Shown here piece after piece: positions 53,295 through 59,341 of a stretch of 64,000 nt of DNA. The translations under genes and the position numbers were made by a program. Source of the stretch: a virus. Below the pieces are notes generated by a model that saw only the letters and a program-made list of their open reading frames with translations, ran no database searches and was not told where the DNA came from. Every line of letters begins with the position of its first letter. Position 1 is the first letter of the stretch. Where the stretch lies: positions 40,085-104,084 of IMG/VR virus record IMGVR_UViG_3300037760_000114; one strand, given 5' to 3'.

Positions 53295-53370
53295 TGGAGC
53301 CGGTGACGCGGATCGAACGCGCTCCCTCCTGCGTACGAAGCAGGCGCACTACCTTCAGTGCTTCACCGGC
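53295..53370 (-). tRNA. tRNA-Thr(CGT)
   Basis: Cloverleaf; CCA. Confidence 0.85.
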
Positions 53371-53371
53371 A

Positions 53372-53505
53372 GGGTAGGCCGCCCGGACTTGAACCGGGCA
53401 TCTCCCGCTGCCCGCCCTCTGGCGGGACTCGCCCGGTGCTCCATCGGGTTCCCTAGGCTCCGATGGTCTTAGGCGGCAGGCGACTTGCCGTTAGTCGATT
53501 GGCCC
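53372..53505 (-). ncRNA. tRNA-like RNA with a large structured insertion replacing the anticodon loop
   Basis: D arm CGACTAACGGCAAGTCG; T arm CCCGG-TTCAAGT-CCGGG; insert contains a CCATCGG/CCGATGG hairpin. Confidence 0.6.
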
Positions 53506-53510
53506 ACGTA

Positions 53511-53579
53511 AGCCGGCGGCGCGAGTCGAACGCGCGGCTGCCGCCTTACAAGGGCGGTGCACCACCGTGGCTCGCCGGC
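53511..53579 (-). tRNA. tRNA-Thr(TGT)
   Basis: Cloverleaf with a short D arm. Confidence 0.8.
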
Positions 53580-53583
53580 ATCG

Positions 53584-53656
53584 CTGGGAGCCCAGGATTC
53601 GAACCTGAACCGACGGTTTCAGAGACCGCCGTGCTGCCGGATTACACCAGCTCCCA
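53584..53656 (-). tRNA. tRNA-Gln(CTG)
   Basis: Cloverleaf read by hand. Confidence 0.87.
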
Positions 53657-53691
53657 ATGACCCGGCCGGGCCTAGTCATCCCGGCCGGGGT

Positions 53692-54144
53692 TCAGCGCGA
53701 GGTCACCGACGCCCACGACGGGGCAGCCGGCCTGACCCGCAGCACCATGCCCGCCTCGGCGGGGGTGCGGTCACCCTTGCGCTGGTTGCACGGCCCGCAC
53801 GCGGCGACCGTGTTGCGCCAGGTGTTCCGGCCGCCGCGGGCACGCGGGACGATGTGGTCAACGGTGCTGGCCGTGGCCGGGCAGTAGCCGCAGCGGCGCT
53901 GGTCGCGGGCGAGCACACCAGTCCGGGACCAGGCGGGGCCGGCGGTGTACCGCCACTTCGTGACCACGTAGTTGACCAGCCGCAGCACCCTCGGCACAGG
54001 CCAGACTCCGATGATCCGGTCCGGTTCACCTTCGTGGACCACTGCGACCTGCCGGACGAGCATCCGGATCGCGTGCCGGAAGGACACCCGGTGCAGCGGG
54101 CCAAGATCAGCGTTCAAGACGAGTACGGCGTCCACCGGGTTCAC
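53692..54144 (-). CDS. HNH endonuclease embedded in the tRNA array
   Basis: VLVLNA...VLARDQRRCGYC...TVDHIVPRARGGRNTWRNTVAACGPCNQRKG. Confidence 0.92.
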   Translation of the reverse strand: MNPVDAVLVLNADLGPLHRVSFRHAIRMLVRQVAVVHEGEPDRIIGVWPVPRVLRLVNYVVTKWRYTAGPAWSRTGVLARDQRRCGYCPATASTVDHIVPRARGGRNTWRNTVAACGPCNQRKGDRTPAEAGMVLRVRPAAPSWASVTSR

Positions 54145-54163
54145 CTCCTGTCGTGGTGGGCGC

Positions 54164-54237
54164 TGGAGCGGCTACGGGGAATCGAACCCCGGTCTGCTGC
54201 ATGGCAAGCAGCCGCACTGCCGTTGTGCTACAGCCGC
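54164..54237 (-). tRNA. tRNA-Gly(GCC)
   Basis: Cloverleaf; CCA. Confidence 0.88.
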
Positions 54238-54242
54238 ATGAG

Positions 54243-54316
54243 AGCCATCGGCGCGATTCGAACGCGCGGCCTTCCGCTTACCGGGCGGACGCTCTAACCA
54301 CCTGAGCTACGACGGC
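54243..54316 (-). tRNA. tRNA-Thr(GGT)
   Basis: Cloverleaf read by hand. Confidence 0.87.
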
Positions 54317-54317
54317 G

Positions 54318-54394
54318 TGGTACTCCGGGTGCGATTCGAACGCACACTGTGCGCGGTTTGAACGCGCCGCCTCCTGCCGTTGGGCTACCGGAGC
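54318..54394 (-). tRNA. tRNA-Leu(CAA), short variable region
   Basis: Loop TTCAAAC; CCA. Confidence 0.82.
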
Positions 54395-54399
54395 ACGAG

Positions 54400-54470
54400 C
54401 TGAGGGCGGAGGATTCGAACCCCCACAGCTGGGACCAAAACCCAGCGACCTGCCGTTAGTCGAGCCCTCA
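54400..54470 (-). tRNA. tRNA-Gln(TTG)
   Basis: Cloverleaf read by hand. Confidence 0.85.
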
Positions 54471-54475
54471 ACGAG

Positions 54476-54547
54476 AGCGAGCGGCGGGAGTCGAACCCGC
54501 TACGTCTGTTTGGAAGACAGAAGTGTCACCACCAACACCTCGCTCGC
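54476..54547 (-). tRNA. tRNA-Gly(TCC)
   Basis: Cloverleaf read by hand. Confidence 0.85.
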
Positions 54548-54552
54548 ATGAG

Positions 54553-54626
54553 TAGGCCGTACGGGGCTCGAACCCGTAACCTCTGCGCTGAGAACGCAGT
54601 GAGCTGCCAGCTTGCTCCAACGGCCC
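54553..54626 (-). tRNA. tRNA-Glu(CTC)
   Basis: Cloverleaf read by hand. Confidence 0.85.
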
Positions 54627-54692
54627 AAGGGCGCCGGGCAGGGTGTGTACCCCTGCGCTGTCCGGACACTGCATCAGCACTTCCGGCGCCAG

Positions 54693-54765
54693 TGCTCGTG
54701 GCCGGGATCGAACCGGCGGCCTCCGGGACTTCACGCCGGCGCTCAACCTGCTGAGCTTCACGAGC
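54693..54765 (-). tRNA. tRNA-Phe(GAA), atypical anticodon arm
   Basis: Loop GTGAAGT; 31:39 mismatch. Confidence 0.7.
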
Positions 54766-54766
54766 A

Positions 54767-54841
54767 TGGTGGACCACAAGGGGATCGAACCCTTCACAGA
54801 GTGTCTGCCAGACGCTCCCGCACACCAGTGACGTGCGGCCC
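54767..54841 (-). tRNA. tRNA-Ala(GGC)
   Basis: G3-U70; CCA; weak D stem. Confidence 0.75.
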
Positions 54842-54846
54842 ATGAG

Positions 54847-54919
54847 TCGGGAACCGGGGAGTCGAACCCCGCACTTCCTGCTCCCAAGGCAGGCCCGGTC
54901 ACCGCGCCGGTCGCCCCCG
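54847..54919 (-). tRNA. tRNA-Pro(TGG)
   Basis: Cloverleaf read by hand. Confidence 0.8.
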
Positions 54920-55008
54920 ATGCCCCGGCGCGACGATGCGCGCCGGGTCTCATGCCATCCACTGTGCAGATATCAACTTCCGATCCCACCGGCCGTAGCC
55001 GGGAGAAG

Positions 55009-55083
55009 CAGGGGCGACAGGATTCGAACCTGCGGCTTGCGGGTTTGGAGTCCGCTGCTCTGACCGTGCTGAGCTACACCCCT
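55009..55083 (-). tRNA. tRNA-Trp(CCA)
   Basis: Cloverleaf read by hand; first gene of the array. Confidence 0.9.
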
Positions 55084-55104
55084 ATGTTCAGTTGTCCAGG
55101 TACG

Positions 55105-55139
55105 AGAAACGCCGCCCTTCCCGGTCTGGGTGGGCGGCG
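55105..55139 (-). terminator. Intrinsic terminator/attenuator hairpin upstream of the tRNA array
   Basis: CGCCGCCC...GGGCGGCG followed by TTTCT. Confidence 0.7.
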
Positions 55140-55162
55140 CCTGCGCGTCTGGTTGGTCTGCG

Positions 55163-55282
55163 CTAAACGCGCCACCGCCCCGTATTCAGCTGCTCGATCG
55201 CTCGGGGGTACCCGTGCGTCGGGCACGGCCTACCGGCGAGCGGCATCGACCGCTTCGCTTCGGTTGAGCTGCGCCACAACAT
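55163..55282 (-). CDS. Putative 39-aa leader peptide (uORF)
   Basis: MLWRSSTEAKRSMPLAGRPCPTHGYPRAIEQLNTGRWRV*; purine-rich RBS GAGGGAGAG. Confidence 0.55.
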   Translation of the reverse strand: MLWRSSTEAKRSMPLAGRPCPTHGYPRAIEQLNTGRWRV

Positions 55283-55314
55283 CCTGGTCTCTCCCTCGGT
55301 TCGGTTCGAATCTC

Positions 55315-55343
55315 ACTCTACGGCCGGTGATCGGCGGAGGCAA
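55315..55343 (-). promoter_or_regulatory. Sigma70-type promoter for the tRNA/rtcB operon
   Basis: TTGCCT-N17-TAGAGT. Confidence 0.55.
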
Positions 55344-55413
55344 CGGACTTCCGCTGTTGCCGCCGCGTGTCGGCTAACTACAACTCTAACAGCGCGCGCT
55401 GTAATATGCAAGG

Positions 55414-55635
55414 GTGGAACCTGAGATGATCGTCGGAAACCTCGCAGCAGCAGCATACGTCGGTGTCGGCCCCTCAACCTGGCGCGCGTACGTCGCCCGA
55501 GGGCAGGCACCCCAGCCGGAGGAACAACGGGAAGTAGTCGGCGGCCACGCCCTGCCGCGCTGGCGACGAACCGAACTCGACGCCTGGTTAGCGGACCGGC
55601 CGGGGAAATCGGGCCGCCCACGGGGACGGGTCTGA
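55414..55635 (+). CDS. Excisionase/AlpA-like HTH protein
   Basis: AAAYVGVGPSTWRAYVARGQAPQP...PRWRRTELDAW. Confidence 0.7.
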   Translation: MEPEMIVGNLAAAAYVGVGPSTWRAYVARGQAPQPEEQREVVGGHALPRWRRTELDAWLADRPGKSGRPRGRV

Positions 55636-55645
55636 CCGCCGCCAG

Positions 55646-56032
55646 TCAGAACAGCCGGCCCGCCCCGGGTAGCCACAGCACATCCGCCACCGGCTCCGGC
55701 GGAGTGACACGCGGCGGCGGGTCGATCCGCTGGCAGCCGTCGGAGCCGCACAGCCACATCGGCGCAGGCGGGTACTCCAGGTAGAACATGGTCGGCGTCA
55801 CCCCGCACAACTCGGCCAGCGCCCGCACCTGATCCGCAGTGGGTACCAGCTCCCCCGTCTCCCACAGATCCACCGTCGGCTCCTGCACCCCGAGGGCGCG
55901 GTCTACTTCGGGTCCCCACAGTCCGGCGGCGTCCAACGCGGTGGTGATCCGGGCGGGGATCGGGGGCCGGGTGGCGAGTAGGTGCTCCTCCCGCTGCCGC
56001 CTCAACGCCGAGTCGTACCGGGCACGGCTCAC
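55646..56032 (-). CDS. XRE HTH protein
   Basis: EVDRALGVQEPTVDLWETGELVPTADQVRALAELCGV. Confidence 0.7.
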   Translation of the reverse strand: MSRARYDSALRRQREEHLLATRPPIPARITTALDAAGLWGPEVDRALGVQEPTVDLWETGELVPTADQVRALAELCGVTPTMFYLEYPPAPMWLCGSDGCQRIDPPPRVTPPEPVADVLWLPGAGRLF

Positions 56033-56266
56033 GGGGAGCCCACCCCCGTCCGGTGGCTGGCAACGCTCACGCGCGCCAGGTCCCGCGCCGCAAGCTCGGC
56101 CTCGACCTGCTCCAGCAACACCAGCGTCAGCCAACCCGACTGTGCGGGCGGCGTCGACCCGCCCGGCGGTATCGCATGCAGCGTTCCGGCGGCGGCGTGC
56201 CCCGCTACGAGGTCCAGCCCGCGTCGCAGGTTGGACCGCAGTGCCAGCAGCACCTCGGTCGGCTGG

Positions 56267-57163
56267 TCAGCGAACGCCATCGGCCACTGCCGAGGGGGCA
56301 CGACGATAGGCGCCGCGCCGAAGGCGCCTCCTCTTGCCCATCCTGCGGTCGCTGGCAGCCTTGTCTCTGGCGCAAGCCCGGCAGGAGCGACCACGCTTTC
56401 CCTCGTAGGTGTTCTCTGCGTTCCATGGGTGACCGCTCGGGCAACTAGTGGAGCGTGGCTTTTGTGCCTTCGTTCTAGCCACTGCCGCGACCCGTTTTGC
56501 GATCCACTCCGGCGATTGCCTGCGACCCTTGAAGATCGCACTGCGCTTAGCACAGGTTTCCGGAGCCGCCTTCTTGCCACGGTTGGCCGCTGCCAACTTC
56601 TCCCGGGTCTCGGGAGAGCGCGGCTTCCCGCGCTTGGCCTCGGCACTCCGGCGAATGGCCTCCAGCGGAAGGCTCCACGTTCCGAGTGATGCGCTGCCGC
56701 CTGGACACAGGTTGAGTAACCTATCACCCGCTGCTCTGGCTTCGGCGATCTGACTGCGTTCAGCCTTATCAAGATCGGCCAGGTGTACGCCGGCTTGGAG
56801 CGCCACAATCTGAGGCTCCTGGCTGGCAGCCTGAAGCTTGGCGATCCACCGATTGACCGGCAGGCTTGCATGCGGACCCTTCGGTCCGCGCAGGTGGCCG
56901 GAGAGCCGGCGACGAAGGCTCTGCCGAGTCTGCCCTACATAGCGAAGCTCGCCGCTGGTCGGGTCCGTCAGTCCGTAGATCGCTCCCACTAAGCTGTGCC
57001 GCTGACGAGCGGCATCGATCTGACCCTTGCGAACCCGAGCGTTCCGGGCAACGAAGTACCCAGCGTTTTCCCTGTTGCGACGCTTTGTGCACGGCCTACA
57101 TGGGCCACTAGGGTATCGGTCTGAGATGCCGCAGGCACCGCATGGACGGACGGCCGCGTTCAT
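56267..57163 (-). CDS. GIY-YIG homing-type endonuclease with NUMOD3 repeats and Zn fingers
   Basis: AIYGLTDP...RYVGQT...R...H...E...LLN; GKPRSPETREKL, GKKAAPETCAKRS, GRRQSPEWIAKR; CPSGHPWNAENTY...CRAC. Confidence 0.85.
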   Translation of the reverse strand: MNAAVRPCGACGISDRYPSGPCRPCTKRRNRENAGYFVARNARVRKGQIDAARQRHSLVGAIYGLTDPTSGELRYVGQTRQSLRRRLSGHLRGPKGPHASLPVNRWIAKLQAASQEPQIVALQAGVHLADLDKAERSQIAEARAAGDRLLNLCPGGSASLGTWSLPLEAIRRSAEAKRGKPRSPETREKLAAANRGKKAAPETCAKRSAIFKGRRQSPEWIAKRVAAVARTKAQKPRSTSCPSGHPWNAENTYEGKRGRSCRACARDKAASDRRMGKRRRLRRGAYRRAPSAVADGVR

Positions 57164-57428
57164 ACGAGCCTCGCCAGCTCGGGCCGGGCCGCGCAGTGAC
57201 CGCACCGCCTAAGCGGCATCCCGTCCGTGTCGGCCGAACACTCGCAGCACCACCAGTCCACGTAGCCGTCCGGGTGCCAGCAGTGCCCCAACTCCTGCCG
57301 GCAGCGCCTTTCCCGCTTGCGCTGTTCCCACCAGCCGACCCGCAGCGGCCGGGCCACCTGCCAGATCCCGAGTGCCCGCTCCGCCAGATTGCTGTGGTGC
57401 CCGATCAACGCCCCCATCAACGCCTCCC

Positions 57429-57926
57429 TCAGAAGTCCCCGTCTGCGCACTGGAAAACGGCCAGCCCTAGCTCGTCCCGCCACATCCGGACCACCTGGTC
57501 CCTATCGTCGACCACGAACGCGACCACAAACCGGCCGGCCACGTGAGCCTCGTACAGCTCCCGCTTGACGATCGAGTCCTTCCGGTTGTCGCCCGGCGCC
57601 CGCATCCACAGCTCGTCGTACGGGATCTTGTGCTCTGCCAGCCACGCCTCTGTCTCCGGCCGGCACACCCCGTCGCGGCCGGACATCAGCACGATCCGGT
57701 GCCGGCCAGCGTCGGCGATCAGCCGCACCAGCTCCACCACCGGCGGGTTGGGTGCGTCCTCTCCTACTCGGTGCCAGTCGTAGAACCGGCGCACGTCGGG
57801 GCCGTCGCCACGCAGCGCGAGGGTTCCGTCGATGTCCACCAGTACGGCGCGGGGAAGGTCGGTCATGTCGTCCATCATCCGCTCATCGTCACGGGCGGGG
57901 TCCGGGGTGGTTGGGGTGTCGGTCAT
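57429..57926 (-). CDS. HAD phosphatase, like the 3'-phosphatase domain of T4 PNKP (PseT)
   Basis: VDIDGTLA, SGR, MR..GDNRKDSIVKRELY, VDDRDQVVRMWR, GDF. Confidence 0.88.
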   Translation of the reverse strand: MTDTPTTPDPARDDERMMDDMTDLPRAVLVDIDGTLALRGDGPDVRRFYDWHRVGEDAPNPPVVELVRLIADAGRHRIVLMSGRDGVCRPETEAWLAEHKIPYDELWMRAPGDNRKDSIVKRELYEAHVAGRFVVAFVVDDRDQVVRMWRDELGLAVFQCADGDF

Positions 57927-58565
57927 GGGTTGCCTTCCTCGGTGAGCAGCGGCGGGGTCCACAGGGAGCTGATCGGCTCCGGTCCGACGTACCGGCGGCA
58001 GGGGCACGGCACGTGCTCCATGCCGGCGAGCAGGTTGCGGTCGTTCCACAGCTGCCGCGCGACGGTGCCGTGGCAGATCCCGTCATCTACGTCGTGCAGC
58101 GCCCGGTGATGGGTGCAGCCGCACACCGGCTTCGGCTCCGCGGGCCGGGCCTTGCGACGCCTGCCCCGCCGCTCGCCGATCAGCAGCCCTACGCCCGCGA
58201 TGACTGCACCCACGGCCATGCTCGCTGGGTCCATTAGGCTTCAGCCTCGGCAGTCGTCAGCTCATCCGGCGGCGTCAAGAGTGGCAGCGCCCACCCCGGC
58301 ACGTCCTTGCGCCGCAGGACCGTGTGAGCAACCCGCAGACCCGGCCTCTCCACCAACGGACCCGCGATGGCCAGCCTCTGCCACCGCCACGGCCCGTTAC
58401 CCCGCTGGACGAACTGCACCTCCACGTGCTCCGGCCGTACCGTGCGCGGCTGGCCGGTAGCGGACGTGCCCGCCGGTACACCCGGTTCGTCGACGACCTC
58501 GTAGGCGAAGACCGCGACGGAACGGCGCCCGTCAAGGCGGTTCAGCAGATCGCGAAGTAGTCCCT

Positions 58566-58832
58566 TCACTTCCCCGGCTCCTTCCTGCGGCGATCGCGGC
58601 GGGCCTTCGCCTCCGCCTTGGCCTGATCCGGAGGCAGGCAGATGGTGCGGACCCGTTCCCGGGTGTAGCCGGTGAGGCGGACGATTTCGATCTGGTCCAC
58701 GCCGGCCTCGTCTGCCGCGCGGATCTCCTGCGTCAGCTCCGGCCGTAGCTCCTTGATGGCGCGTTCGTGGCGCTGGCGGAGGCTGCCGAGCTTGGCGAGT
58801 CGGGTGGTGTCGTAGGTCACGGGCTCCAGTAT
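58566..58832 (-). CDS. Small HTH regulator
   Basis: IRAADEAGVDQIEIVRLTGYTRERVRTI; start uncertain. Confidence 0.55.
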   Translation of the reverse strand: MLEPVTYDTTRLAKLGSLRQRHERAIKELRPELTQEIRAADEAGVDQIEIVRLTGYTRERVRTICLPPDQAKAEAKARRDRRRKEPGK

Positions 58833-58910
58833 GGCACAGGTCCGTTGGCCTAGTGGTTGGCCTGCCCGCTGCGGCGGCGTTCGGTGGCTACAGTTCACCC
58901 GATCGGATGA

Positions 58911-58949
58911 TGGCTTGGCCTTGCCATATGCCAAGCCATTGGCTAAGCT
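58911..58949 (+). promoter_or_regulatory. Promoter with an overlapping operator
   Basis: TTGCCA-N17-TAAGCT; inverted repeat TGGCTTGGC/GCCAAGCCA flanking the -35. Confidence 0.6.
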
Positions 58950-59341
58950 TTGAGTACAAGCACAGAACAGATTGACAACTAGATACAGAGGCCCGCAGCA
59001 GCAGAAACCAGGACTCGCGAGCGGAGCAAGACAGTCCGCGAAGACCGAGCGGCCGGAAGCGCTAAGGGGCCAACAGGATCAACCAATCAACCACCGATCC
59101 TGCGTTGACGCGACCGGCCGGAAGGCCAGGTGAGAGAGGGACGCACCGGGAACGGTGCCGAGCACGCCACCCCCGGTGGCCACCCGCACAGCGGGGCACA
59201 CCAAGTCGACCGTCGCCACCTACCGGATGCCGCACGCGACCACCGGTGCCGCAAGGCGGTAAGGCGCGACGGACACGGCGAGAGCCCACCCCGGCCGGTC
59301 ACGCCAGCGCAGGAACACCCCACAGCCCCACGGAGGACCAC

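Noticed and set aside
51149-55083. Suppressor, Sec or Pyl tRNAs and ORFs overlapping the array
   Set aside because: No CTA, TTA or TCA anticodon was found, and the ORFs (other than the HNH gene) are shadows of tRNA genes.
56267-57163. Group I intron around the GIY-YIG/NUMOD3 gene
   Set aside because: The ORF overlaps both neighbours directly, leaving no room for an intron core, so it appears free-standing.
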